Positions 54,970 to 64,000 of a stretch of 64,000 bases of DNA are shown piece after piece. The stretch comes from an uncultured Nitrososphaerota archaeon (lineage in GTDB: Archaea; Korarchaeota; Korarchaeia; Korarchaeales; Korarchaeaceae): contig CAZQNA010000006.1 of NCBI GenBank assembly GCA_964594835.1, forward strand, positions 1-64,000, written 5' to 3'. The notes beneath the pieces were generated by a model. The model was not told the origin of the DNA and did no database searches. It saw nothing but the letters and a program-made list of their open reading frames with translations. Position numbers and translations under genes: made by a program. The number at the start of each line of letters is the position of its first letter. The first letter of the stretch is position 1.

Positions 54970-55869
54970 GTGCAGGTGGCCGAGCTCCTGAAGTTCCTGC
55001 TGTACCCGACCTTCTACGCCGGCATGCTGAGGATGATGGTCCCCATCACCCTCGGGGCCGTGGGAGAGATCATCAGCGAGAGGTCCGGAGTCGTGAACAT
55101 AGGCCTGGAGGGCATAATGATGCTCGGGGCCCTGGTATCCACGTACGTGGGCCACTTCACGGGCAGCATGACGCTGGCCATGATCTCTGGGCTAGTCGTC
55201 GGCCTGGCCGCGGGGCTCCTGCACGCGGGCATAGCCGTGAACCTGGCCGGAGATCAGATCATAGACGGCGTCGGGCTGAACCTCTTCGCCGTAGGAATGG
55301 GGGAGGTCCTCCTCTACCTGACCTGGGGCAGCTTCGCCACCAGCCCCCAGCTCCCGCCGGAGGTCAGGGTGCCGAGCATCCACGGCTTCAGCCCGTTCGT
55401 CATCCTGACGCTCCTGGTCGCGGCTGCGACCTGGGCGATAGTGGAGAAGACCAGGTGGGGGCTGAGGCTCAAGGCCGTGGGGGAGGACCCGGTGGCGGCC
55501 GAGGCGGCCGGCATAGACGTCTTTAGGGTCAGGACCATAGCGACCGTGGTGGGCTCCCTCCTCACCGCCAGCGCGGGAGTCTTCCTCTCCCTCGACTGGC
55601 TGGGGGCTTACACCAAGAACATCAGCGCCGGCAGGGGGTTCATAGCACTGGCCCTCGTCGTGTTCAGCAGGTGGAACCCGCTCACCGCCCTGCTAGGCGG
55701 CCTGATATTCGGGTTCCTCTTCCAGCTGAGCCAGTCCATACCCAGCGGCGTAGTCCCCGACCAGATACTGTGGGCCCTGCCGTACCTGGTCACCCTGCTG
55801 ATATCGGCCGGCTTCCTGGCGAAGGCCAGGCCGCCCGGCGCCGTGGGCAGGCCCTACAAGAGGGTGTGA
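54970..55869 (+). CDS. ABC transporter permease
   Basis: ERSGVVNIGLEG, VGEDP, AGRGFIALA, LPYLVT. Confidence 0.92.
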   Translation: MQVAELLKFLLYPTFYAGMLRMMVPITLGAVGEIISERSGVVNIGLEGIMMLGALVSTYVGHFTGSMTLAMISGLVVGLAAGLLHAGIAVNLAGDQIIDGVGLNLFAVGMGEVLLYLTWGSFATSPQLPPEVRVPSIHGFSPFVILTLLVAAATWAIVEKTRWGLRLKAVGEDPVAAEAAGIDVFRVRTIATVVGSLLTASAGVFLSLDWLGAYTKNISAGRGFIALALVVFSRWNPLTALLGGLIFGFLFQLSQSIPSGVVPDQILWALPYLVTLLISAGFLAKARPPGAVGRPYKRV

Positions 55870-55906
55870 CGGGGCCTCGGCCCCTCCCCCACCCTTTGTC
55901 CCTGGG

Positions 55907-57535
55907 TCAGATCTCCTCCCCCCTGCACGCCCTGAGGAAGGCCGTGAAGAGGGGGTGGGGTCTGAGGACCCTTGATTTGAACTCCGGGTGGGCCTGAGTC
56001 GCCACGAAGAAGGGGTGCCCTGGTAGCTCTATGAACTCGACCAGCCTCCCGTCCGGGGACCTGCCCGAGAACACGAGGCCGCCCCCCTCCAGCGCCCCGT
56101 GGTACTCGGGGTTCACCTCGTACCTGTGCCTGTGCCTCTCGTGCACCGGCTCGGCCCCCCCGTAGGCCCTCCAGACCAGGGTACCGGGCCTGAGGACCGC
56201 CGGGTGGGAGCCCAGCCTCATGGTCCCGCCCTTCTCACCAACCCCCCTCTGCTCCGGCAGGAGGTCGACCACCGGGTGCGGGGTCTCCGGGTCTATCTCG
56301 GTGGAGTTGGCGCCCTCCAGGCCGCAGACGTGGCGGGCGAACTCCACGACAGCCAGCTGGAGGCCGAAGCACAGGCCCAGAAAAGGCACTCCGCGCTCCC
56401 GCGCCCACCCTATGGCCGCCACCTTCCCCTCCGCCCCCCTCCTCCCGAACCCGCCGGGCACTATCAGGCCGTCCACCCCCTCCAGCGCCTCCTCCAGCCC
56501 AACCCTCCCCTCCTCCAGGTCCGTCGACTCGACCCACCTGACCTGGGTCCTCAGGCCCAGGTGCATGCTCGCGTGCTCTATCGCCGCGGTGAGGGAGGCG
56601 TAGGCGTCGCGGAGGTGCGTGTACTTCCCCACTATCGCCACCTCCACCTCCTCCTCGGCCGACTCCCACCTCTCCAGGAGTTCCCGCAGCTCCCGCAGCC
56701 CCTCCCCTCCCCCGGGGAGGCCGAGGAGCTCCGCCACCCTGTCGTCGATCCCCTGCTCCTCGAGCCTCAGGGGGACCTCGTAGGGCCTATCAACGTCGGG
56801 GTCGGAGATCACGTTCTCCTCCCTGACCCCGCAGAGGAGGGCTATCTTCTGGCGCGCCTTCTCCTCAAGTGGCCTCCTGGACCTGGCGACGATGATGTCG
56901 GGGTCTATCCCCATGGACCTGAGCGTCACCACCGAGTGCTGGGTGGGCTTGGTCTTCTGCTCTCCGGAGGGGAGTTCGGGGACGAGGGTGACGTGAACGA
57001 AGGCGAACCTGTCCCTCCCGAGCTCCGAGGCCAGCTGGCGTATGGCCTCGATGAAGTAGGCGTTCTCTATGTCCCCCACGGTCCCGCCCACTTCGACTAT
57101 CACGACGTCGGCCCCCCTCCTCTCCGCCACCTCCAGGATCCACCTCTTCGCCTCCCCGGTCACGTGGGGGATGAACTGGACCGTCTTGCCCAGGTACTCC
57201 CCCCTCCTCTCCTTCGAGATTACGGAGAGCAGGAGCTTGCCGGAGGTGATGTTGTTGTCCCCCTCCAGGGTCTCGTCCATGTACCTCTCGTAGGTGCCGA
57301 GGTCCATGTCGCACTCCGTCCCGTCGTCCAGCACGTAGACCTCCCCGTGCTCGTAGGGGTTCATGGTCCCGGCGTCCACGTTGAGGTAGCCGTCGAACTT
57401 GATGGGCGTGACCCTGAGGCCTCTGGACTTCAGGAGCATGCCCAGGCTCGCGGCGACCAGGCCCTTCCCCAGGCCAGAGAGCACCCCTCCCGTGATCACC
57501 ACGAACCTCGGGGATCCTGATCTCAACGAGCGCAT
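55907..57535 (-). CDS. pyrG: CTP synthase
   Basis: TGGVLSGLGKG, NPYEHGEV, KTKPTQHS, GLCFG, RHRHRYE, QAHPE. Confidence 0.97.
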   Translation of the reverse strand: MRSLRSGSPRFVVITGGVLSGLGKGLVAASLGMLLKSRGLRVTPIKFDGYLNVDAGTMNPYEHGEVYVLDDGTECDMDLGTYERYMDETLEGDNNITSGKLLLSVISKERRGEYLGKTVQFIPHVTGEAKRWILEVAERRGADVVIVEVGGTVGDIENAYFIEAIRQLASELGRDRFAFVHVTLVPELPSGEQKTKPTQHSVVTLRSMGIDPDIIVARSRRPLEEKARQKIALLCGVREENVISDPDVDRPYEVPLRLEEQGIDDRVAELLGLPGGGEGLRELRELLERWESAEEEVEVAIVGKYTHLRDAYASLTAAIEHASMHLGLRTQVRWVESTDLEEGRVGLEEALEGVDGLIVPGGFGRRGAEGKVAAIGWARERGVPFLGLCFGLQLAVVEFARHVCGLEGANSTEIDPETPHPVVDLLPEQRGVGEKGGTMRLGSHPAVLRPGTLVWRAYGGAEPVHERHRHRYEVNPEYHGALEGGGLVFSGRSPDGRLVEFIELPGHPFFVATQAHPEFKSRVLRPHPLFTAFLRACRGEEI

Positions 57536-57665
57536 CTCTCCCCCCCGCTTAGCTAAAAGCTGCCATGGTCCCCCTTCCGATCCGCGGCCCGGGTCGGGCG
57601 GCGCCCGGGCCGCGCCCGCGCGGCGCCCTTAAGGTCCGACCGGAGCCAGCCGGCTCGGTGTCGAG

Positions 57666-58865
57666 ATGAGGGCTGCAGGCGCTCTCGCTCTCGGCCGCGC
57701 GCGCCCGGCCCAGGGGCCGGCGGCGATCGCGGCCCTAGTTCTGTCCCTCTCGCTGGTCGCGGCCGCTGCTGTACCGACCGAGCTGACGCTCGCGTCCGCC
57801 GCAGGCGCGACCACCGCTGAGTACCTGCTCGACCTCTACAACGCCACCAGGGCCCGGCTCTTGGACATGGCCTCCATGGTGGAGGGGGCTGAGATTCAGG
57901 TTCAGATAGAGGTAGAGGTCAACGTTCAGATAGAGGTAGAGGTCAACGCGTCCTCCAACATGAGCGCAGCCCCGAGCTCCACGAACGAGACCTCGGCGGC
58001 TGGGAACTACACCCACGCTGCCTGCGCCAACCTCATGTCCCTGGTCGAGGCCTCGATCGCCAGGGGAGACGAGCTGGCCTCGCAGGCCAGGGCGGCCCTA
58101 GAGGCCGGAGACTACCGGGGAGCCGCCTCCCTCGCGGTGAGGGCCATAAACTCCCTCACCCCGGCGTTCGTCCACGTGACGATCTGCCTGAACTGGAACC
58201 TCCACTCGGCTAGAGGGGGGAATCAGACCCAGGCCAACGTCACTTCCCCCTCTCACGTCCCGCTGGGCCTTATGGCGGCCGTGACGAGGCACGAGCTGAG
58301 GCTCTCAAGGCTGATGGCCGCAGCCCAGGCCGCGGAGGACGCTGGAATGAACGTCTCCGGGGCGGAGGAGTTTCTAGAGCAGGCCGAGGAGTTACTGGCC
58401 TCCTCTAGGGAGGAGGCCCTGGCGGGGAACGTCACAGGGGCCACAGCACTGATGGCCGAGGCCAACCGCCTGATGTCCCAGGCGGTCAGAGTCCTGCACA
58501 CCGCCTCCGCCAGGGCCGCCGAGAGGAAGGCGGCCAGGCTCTGCCAGCAGGGAGGGAACTGCACGCTGTCGGTCCTCAACCTCACCCAGGTCAACCTGGG
58601 CGTCAAGAAGGCCTTGGAGGTCAGGTGCAGGGGCCTGGGGGCGAGGGTCAACCTGACCTTCTCATCACCGCCGGGGCTGGCGAAGAAGCTGGGCGGGACC
58701 GGCTCGGGTGAGAAGCACCCCTCGACGACTCCCGGCCAGGGCCGCGGACACGGCGCCTCGAAGCAGGGGGAGAAGGAGAAGGGCTGGGAGAGGCACAGGG
58801 GAGAGCACCCCGAGCAGGCTGGCGAGGCGAAGGAAAAGCCCATGCCGGGCCACGGGAAGGGGTGA
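57666..58865 (+). CDS. Secreted helical protein rich in N-glycosylation sequons
   Basis: Signal peptide, Ala-rich helical repeats, about 12 N-X-S/T sequons, PPGLAKK, Gly/Lys/His-rich tail. Confidence 0.7.
   Translation: MRAAGALALGRARPAQGPAAIAALVLSLSLVAAAAVPTELTLASAAGATTAEYLLDLYNATRARLLDMASMVEGAEIQVQIEVEVNVQIEVEVNASSNMSAAPSSTNETSAAGNYTHAACANLMSLVEASIARGDELASQARAALEAGDYRGAASLAVRAINSLTPAFVHVTICLNWNLHSARGGNQTQANVTSPSHVPLGLMAAVTRHELRLSRLMAAAQAAEDAGMNVSGAEEFLEQAEELLASSREEALAGNVTGATALMAEANRLMSQAVRVLHTASARAAERKAARLCQQGGNCTLSVLNLTQVNLGVKKALEVRCRGLGARVNLTFSSPPGLAKKLGGTGSGEKHPSTTPGQGRGHGASKQGEKEKGWERHRGEHPEQAGEAKEKPMPGHGKG
57900..57947 (+). repeat. Perfect 24-bp tandem duplication
   Basis: GTTCAGATAGAGGTAGAGGTCAAC x2, encoding VQIEVEVN twice. 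Confidence 0.9.
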
Positions 58866-59284
58866 CCCTACACAACCCTCCATCGCCCAGGTCGGGGCCC
58901 AGTTAAGGAGGGCCCCCTTCGGCCTCGTCTCGTGGGGGAGGGCAGTCTCGCCGTCCTCTCCCTACCCCCTGTTTTCCCTCTTTCTGAAGGCCCCTGGGGC
59001 GTTTACCGGCCGTGAAGGCGACTGAAGATCGTAATGCTCAGATCCCTCTGGGGACGGATTATGCCCGCCCTGCTGTCGCGAAAGCAAAATTTCGCGACTC
59101 TCATCGAGGGTGGTAGATCGACCGGCCTAGGTTAGTCTCCTACCCCCTGCGCAAAATCAGTCATCCCTGCCGTCTCAGTTCTCATCGAGGCGGCCTTGCG
59201 GCCGCCGCTGCCCTCTAAAGGCGCCTCCTAGATATGTCCCATTCACCGGGCCGGGTGACATCCCACAGATATTCCCCTAATTTG

Positions 59285-59315
59285 GTGGGAAATCTTATAC
59301 CTTGAACTTTCCCAC
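59285..59315. promoter_or_regulatory. Inverted repeat flanking TATA of TA operon
   Basis: GTGGGAAA ... TTTCCCAC enclosing CTTATA, just upstream of the antitoxin ATG. Confidence 0.6.
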
Positions 59316-59323
59316 AACCCGAG

Positions 59324-59560
59324 ATGGCGGAGGAGGTCACGATCGATGACAGGGGGAGGGTGCTGATCCCCGCAGAGATCAGGAGGAGGTTGAGGCTCAG
59401 GCCCGGCCAGAGGCTGAGGATCGGAGTATCGGGAACCAGCGTGGTGCTCACGCCTGTTGTACCGAAGCCGAGGAGGGTCAGAGCGAACAGGCGGTGGGGG
59501 TCCGAGGCCTTCTTGGACGCGGGAGAGGCCACCTTTGGAGGGGAAGGTCTGGGACGTTAA
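59324..59560 (+). CDS. AbrB/MazE family antitoxin (VapB-like)
   Basis: VTIDDRGRVLIPAEIRRRLRLRPG. Confidence 0.9.
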   Translation: MAEEVTIDDRGRVLIPAEIRRRLRLRPGQRLRIGVSGTSVVLTPVVPKPRRVRANRRWGSEAFLDAGEATFGGEGLGR

Positions 59561-60002
59561 CGTGCTGGCCATCTACCTGGTCGAGGATCACCCCGGCAAC
59601 CCCTACGTGTCCGGGGCCGTGGAGGAGGGGCTGGCCGGCGCGTACACCCCCGTGGTGCTGGGGTCGCTCCCCCTCAGGGTCTTCTGGGTGCTCACCTCCA
59701 GGTGGGGGATAGGCAGGGCGGAGGCGGCGGAGGCCGTGGCAGACTTCCTCAGGAAGTACGACTCCCCGGAGTACGTTGACCTGAGGCGAGAGTCCGTTGA
59801 GAGGGCTTTCGAGCTGGCTGACGAGCTCGGCCACGATGTCTACGACTGCGCGTACCTCGCCCTGGCCCTGCAGGAGGGGGCCTCGGCCATAGTCACCACG
59901 GACACGGACTTCGAGCGCCTCGCCCCGGCGGTCGGGCTGAGGTACGAGAACCCGGTCCCGCCCGAGGTCCTGAGGAGATTCTCGGTGTTTGGCAGGCGAT
60001 AG
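59535..60002 (+). CDS. PIN-domain toxin (VapC-like)
   Basis: WDVNVL, HDVYDCAYLALA, IVTTDTDF; overlaps the antitoxin. Confidence 0.88.
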   Translation: MEGKVWDVNVLAIYLVEDHPGNPYVSGAVEEGLAGAYTPVVLGSLPLRVFWVLTSRWGIGRAEAAEAVADFLRKYDSPEYVDLRRESVERAFELADELGHDVYDCAYLALALQEGASAIVTTDTDFERLAPAVGLRYENPVPPEVLRRFSVFGRR

Positions 60003-60059
60003 GGGGTAGGGCGCCGCCCAATCGCTCAGCTCCCCAGAGCCCGATTGGCGGGTCTGTGT

Positions 60060-60539
60060 TCACTCTATCAGGAGGACCCCGTATGCCGCCCTCTCGGAGA
60101 AGTCGAGCTTGACCACAGAGTCTAGCTCCAGCCCGACGGCGCAGGTGGCGGGCCTGACCAGGTGGGGCGTCGGGCACTCCCCCCGCCCCTCGAGGACCGG
60201 GCACGGATCGCAGAGCCTGCAGGGCCCGGGGAACAGGGCGAAGGCGTAGAGCTTGCCGCCTAGGGTGAGCCCCCTCTCCCTGTCCAGAAGCCACCTCTGG
60301 GCCTCAGCCTCGAACCTCTCCCAGGGCTCCCCCTCCTCCGGCTCGAACCTCACCACTAGGGCCCGCCGGAAGTGGGAGGCCCACTCCCCCGCCTCCCTCC
60401 AGTCTGGAGACGCTGGAGGACATGACGGGGACCTACCGCGGAACTCACACGCCAGGCACTTCCAGACCGGCCTGGGCGTGAACCTCAAGCTCTGGGCCTC
60501 GACCTCCCTCGCCCAGGCGACCCTCAACCGACCCCTCAC
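60060..60539 (-). CDS. DUF2284 family Cys-rich metal-binding protein
   Basis: WKCLAC ... SCPP, PGPCRLCDPC ... CPTP ... RP; start approximate. Confidence 0.78.
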   Translation of the reverse strand: MRGRLRVAWAREVEAQSLRFTPRPVWKCLACEFRGRSPSCPPASPDWREAGEWASHFRRALVVRFEPEEGEPWERFEAEAQRWLLDRERGLTLGGKLYAFALFPGPCRLCDPCPVLEGRGECPTPHLVRPATCAVGLELDSVVKLDFSERAAYGVLLIE

Positions 60540-60591
60540 CCACTCGACCCCGAGGCGCCCGCCTATATTCACCCACCTTCCTAGGCCGAGC

Positions 60592-61338
60592 GTGAACCAG
60601 GTCACCCTCGGATTCCTCGGCAGCCTGGCGGCCGGGCTGATGACCGCCCTCGGGGCGCTGCCCGCCCTTCTGCTGCACGGGGAGGTCCCAGACAGGGCGA
60701 TGGACGTGCTCTATGGCCTGGCGGCAGGGGTCATGCTGGCGGCCAGCGCGTTTAGCCTCCTCGCGCCCGCGCTGGAGGTGGGCTCCGTCCAGGAGGTCAC
60801 CGCGGGCTTCGTCCTCGGCGCCGCGCTGATAGGGGCCGGCGACAGGCTGATACCGCACGTCCACCCCGTGTACGGGGAGGAGGGTCCCCCGTCCAGGCTC
60901 AGGAGGGTCTGGCTCCTCGTGCTGGCGATGACGATCCACAACTTTCCGGAGGGCATGGCGGTGGGCGTGGCCTTCGGTTCGGGGGACCTGGGCAGGGCGA
61001 CGGCGCTGGCGACGGCCATAGGCATACAGAACGTGCCTGAGGGGCTGGCCGTCTCCGCCCCGCTGGTCAGGGAGGGCTACGGGGGCCTGAGGGCCACGGT
61101 GTACGGGGCGCTCACGGGGCTGGTGGAGCCGGTGGGCGGGCTCATCGGGGCCCTGGCCGTCACTCGCGCGTCAGCCGCGCTGCCGATGGCGATGGGGCTC
61201 GCCGCTGGTGCCATGATATTCGTCGTGAGCGACGAGATGATCCCGGAGAGCCACAGGAAGGGACACGAGAGGTGGGCAACCGCTGGCGTGATATTGGGCT
61301 TCGCCCTCATGATGTTCCTAGACAGCGCATTCGGCTGA
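60592..61338 (+). CDS. ZIP (GufA/ZupT) family metal transporter
   Basis: AAGVMLAAS, PHVH, IHNFPEG, IQNVPEG, GLVEP, EMIPE. Confidence 0.93.
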   Translation: MNQVTLGFLGSLAAGLMTALGALPALLLHGEVPDRAMDVLYGLAAGVMLAASAFSLLAPALEVGSVQEVTAGFVLGAALIGAGDRLIPHVHPVYGEEGPPSRLRRVWLLVLAMTIHNFPEGMAVGVAFGSGDLGRATALATAIGIQNVPEGLAVSAPLVREGYGGLRATVYGALTGLVEPVGGLIGALAVTRASAALPMAMGLAAGAMIFVVSDEMIPESHRKGHERWATAGVILGFALMMFLDSAFG

Positions 61339-61458
61339 GGTTCGGAAAGAAGACTTGCCCTATTGAGCACCGCCTCGCTGCTTGCCCACATGACCTGCGC
61401 TAGTTATCTCTCACGAGACTTTCAAAAATCCTCTGAGCAGATGTCCAACGACCTCGCC

Positions 61459-61872
61459 CTAGCGTAGTGAGCGCGGATCTATCCTAGACACGCTCGGCAC
61501 CGTATCGTAGGCCTCGTCCACCGAGATTATCTTTCCGTCGAAGAGGATAGCCGAGGCGCAGTGGAGAGAGTCGAAGTACGTGAGCCCGTGCCTCTCCCTC
61601 AGCTCCGAGGCGAGAGTGACAGTCTCGGTCGTCAGCGGCTGCTCCCCCAGATTCCTGATCCCAGCAAAGGCCCTCAGATCTCTCCTGACCTCGGCCTCGG
61701 CCACGCCCCTCGACCTGAGGAGGAGTTCATACTCCAGCAGGGCGGACACCGCGATCCTGATGCTCCTGAGTCGCCCATCCCTCACGGCCCGAAAGAGCCC
61801 GTCAGCCGCCTCATGGAGGGGGTCTGAGGAGTTAACCAGGGCTATCATCATGTCCAGCTCCACCACCGGCAA
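61459..61872 (-). CDS. PIN-domain toxin (VapC-like)
   Basis: D near N-terminus, ALLEY, LTYFDSLHCASA, IISVDEAYD. Confidence 0.88.
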   Translation of the reverse strand: MPVVELDMMIALVNSSDPLHEAADGLFRAVRDGRLRSIRIAVSALLEYELLLRSRGVAEAEVRRDLRAFAGIRNLGEQPLTTETVTLASELRERHGLTYFDSLHCASAILFDGKIISVDEAYDTVPSVSRIDPRSLR

Positions 61873-62116
61873 TGGCCTCCCCCTCCAGCAGCCTGTCCGC
61901 CTCTCCCTCCAGCCTCTCGTAGGTCAGCTCCGGATCCCTGTACTTTCCCCTCAGCCTCTCGTACGGGTCTCTCTCCACCCTGACCACAATTTCCCCGCCC
62001 TTCTTCACCTCCCAGAGCAGGATGTCTCCCTCCTCTATGCCGGCCGCCCTCCGGACGGCGGAGGGTACCGTCGTCAGCCCCTTTCTGCTGACCCTGCTCA
62101 CCGCCACGGTCATCAT
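61832..62116 (-). CDS. AbrB/MazE family antitoxin
   Basis: SRVSRKGLTTVPSAVRRAAGIEEGDIL. Confidence 0.9.
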   Translation of the reverse strand: MMTVAVSRVSRKGLTTVPSAVRRAAGIEEGDILLWEVKKGGEIVVRVERDPYERLRGKYRDPELTYERLEGEADRLLEGEAIAGGGAGHDDSPG

Positions 62117-62171
62117 AGCAAACCGGCCTGTCTTAGAAATATAAGATTGCTATGAAAACTTAGACTCTAAG
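62113..62171. promoter_or_regulatory. Nested inverted repeats over TA promoter
   Basis: TCATAGCAA/TTGCTATGA (62113-62155), TCTTA..TAAGA (62131-62146) and CTTAGA-C-TCTAAG (62159-62171). Confidence 0.55.
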
Positions 62172-62302
62172 ACTATGCAGGGGGCTGGGCGACCCTTCGC
62201 ATTGAGCCCTCCGCGTGCCCACGCAAGAATGCGAGGAGCCCCTTGTCTACGGTCGAGTGTTTCTCCTGAGGGCTGCTCCCAGACCGCCTGATTGAGGCCG
62301 GT

Positions 62303-62640
62303 CAGAGGGTGCGTTCCTCCTCTCAGACGTTCCCCCTCGGGTGGTAGCCCCTGTCCTCCCAGAACCCGCCCGGATAGTCCCTAGTGAACTCCGCCCTCGT
62401 CCAGCTACTTGGCGCTCTTCCAGGCGTACAGGTGCGGGATGATCGGCCTCGCCGGGAATCCCGTCTCCTCCGGGAGAGGCCTGCCGTTCACCTCGAGGGC
62501 CACGATGGCGTCCTCCACCAGCGCGTCCTCTATGGGGACGGACGCGTCGTACCGTCTAGGTTCACGTGCGCCTCTCGAGCGCCGAGTACTCGATGAAGTT
62601 GCTGACTCACCTATGCCCCGGCGGGAGTTCCGGCACGTGC
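62303..62640 (-). pseudogene. Decayed sulfite-oxidase-like molybdopterin oxidoreductase
   Basis: Fragments [51 protein letters not shown]; frameshifts and a large internal deletion. Confidence 0.85.
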
Positions 62641-62704
62641 CGCTCACTCCGCCGGGCCTAATATCCTATTCCATCAACCTCCGAACCCTCCATCCTCGAC
62701 GGGG

Positions 62705-63268
62705 TCAGAGGGAGACCTCCCTCTCCGTTGAGGGATCCACCGTCACGTACCGGTCGCTGCCCAAGTACAGGGAGGGCCTGACCCTGCCCAGGTCGACCGT
62801 CACGTCCTCTCTGAGGGAGTCGGAGGCCAGGAGGGACTTCACCTCGCCCACGAACCACGTGTGATCTCCCCAGACCCTGGAGTCCACCACGCGGCACTCG
62901 AGGGCGATATAGGCCTCGGCGAGTATCGGAACCCCGAGCTCCGGGCCCTCGAGCACCTCGATTCCCGCGGCCCTGAGCTTGTCCCTCCTCTCCCTCCGGG
63001 ACACCCTGCCGACGAAGTGTACCTTCTGGACCAGCTCGAAGGGCAGGAAGTTGACCCCGAACACGCCCGTCCTCCTCACGTTGTCGTGGGTGGCCCTCTT
63101 GGGACTGATCGAGATCCCGTAGAGGGGAGGCCTGTGGGAGATGGGCGAGTGCCAAGTGGCCGCCATGGCGTTGGGCTCACCCTCGGGGGACAGGGAGGTT
63201 ATGACCGCCGCCATCCTCGGGTTCACGGCGGCGAAGAATCTGCTCGCGTCGACCCTTCGCATCACCAT
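62705..63268 (-). CDS. Flavin reductase family protein
   Basis: PNAMAATW, SHRPP, FGVNF, ECRV, GDHTWFVGEV. Confidence 0.9.
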   Translation of the reverse strand: MVMRRVDASRFFAAVNPRMAAVITSLSPEGEPNAMAATWHSPISHRPPLYGISISPKRATHDNVRRTGVFGVNFLPFELVQKVHFVGRVSRRERRDKLRAAGIEVLEGPELGVPILAEAYIALECRVVDSRVWGDHTWFVGEVKSLLASDSLREDVTVDLGRVRPSLYLGSDRYVTVDPSTEREVSL

Positions 63269-63372
63269 GGTTATCCTTGGGCCGGACATAAATCCAGCTG
63301 ACTGGGCGTCGGTTAGGGTCCCCGGCCGTTCGACCTCTCTTTAAAAGGAGGGACGTGCGGGGCCGCCCCGTA

Positions 63373-64000
63373 ATGGACCAGCGCAGGACGCCCCTGGTCG
63401 ACTTCCTGAACGAGGAGGTCGAGAGGTACTACAGGTGGTGCACCCCCTCGGTCCTCCTCGACGCCCCGCGCGTGGGGGACGTCTACGCCACCGATGTCAG
63501 CGCCTCTCTGTCGGTGAGGGGGACGCTGGCCGACAACTCTGGAATATTTGAGGAGGCCCACAGGCTCGCCGCGGAGGCCTACGGGGCGGATCACACCCTG
63601 TTCAGCGTCCACGGCTCCACGGGCAGCGTGTACGTCGTCCTGAGGTACCTCAGCCTCATGTACGGGACCCCCCTGATCCTGGCGAGCAGGAACATACACA
63701 TCAGCGTCCAGAACGCCTGCGAGGACTTCGGCGTGAGGTACAGGTTCATCAAGAGCCACTACGACCCTGAGTTCGACGCCTTCATCCCGCCGAAGCCGGA
63801 GGAGGTCGTAGAGGCCCTCGAGAGGTACCCGGAGGCCAACGCCGTGCTCCTCTCCAACCCCACCTACGAGGGCCTGTCCTGCCGCCTGAGGGAGACCGTG
63901 GAGGCGATCAGGGGGGTCAGCGAGGACGTCCTCGTGATAGTCGACGAGGCCTGGGGGGCGCACTTCAGGTTCAGCGACAGGCTCCCTGAGACCGCGATGG
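63373..64000 (+). CDS. PLP-dependent Orn/Lys/Arg decarboxylase, partial (runs off window)
   Basis: Manual translation MDQRRTPL ... AAEAYGADHT ... HGSTG ... RNIHIS ... SNPTYEG ... VDEAWGAH; TTTAAAA upstream. Confidence 0.88.
   Translation, partial: MDQRRTPLVDFLNEEVERYYRWCTPSVLLDAPRVGDVYATDVSASLSVRGTLADNSGIFEEAHRLAAEAYGADHTLFSVHGSTGSVYVVLRYLSLMYGTPLILASRNIHISVQNACEDFGVRYRFIKSHYDPEFDAFIPPKPEEVVEALERYPEANAVLLSNPTYEGLSCRLRETVEAIRGVSEDVLVIVDEAWGAHFRFSDRLPETAM

Noticed and set aside
57900-57947. CRISPR-like 24-bp repeat
   Set aside because: Only two adjacent copies, no spacer, in frame within a CDS, no cas genes.
62303-62640. Stop-codon recoding to Trp/Sec/Pyl
   Set aside because: Mixed TGA and TAG plus frameshifts and a deletion; TGA and TAG terminate normal genes throughout the window.
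1-64000. tRNA, rRNA, SRP or RNase P RNA, transposases
   Set aside because: No recognisable signatures found by eye; a tRNAscan/Infernal run would be needed to exclude them fully.

Overview
GC-rich, densely coding archaeal chromosome segment. Leaderless TATA-proximal starts, GGTGA-type SD sites, a geranylgeranyl reductase, Tpt1, KaiC-like ATPases and superoxide reductase-rubredoxin point to a thermophilic anaerobe, probably TACK/Korarchaeota-like (inference only). About 70 CDS were identified. Housekeeping and metabolic genes include topA, pyrG, hxlA/hxlB, mobB, a glnA-like gene, metal and BMP-type ABC transporters and several MFS carriers. There are also two AbrB-PIN toxin-antitoxin pairs and a decayed molybdopterin oxidoreductase gene. 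No rRNA, tRNA, CRISPR array or transposase was seen. The main candidate system is a tightly coupled three-gene operon (19472-21211) encoding a 7-TM membrane protein, a longin-like domain and a Rab-like small GTPase, i.e. a possible receptor-adaptor-GTPase module. It is divergent from a membrane-anchored legumain/Gpi8-like (C13) protease. Other eukaryote-like signalling parts nearby: a second Rab-like GTPase cluster with a Cys phosphatase and a V4R-like protein, and a presenilin-like protease overlapping a type-I membrane-anchored winged-helix regulator (Notch-like hypothesis). All product calls come from motif reading by eye; no database searches were run.
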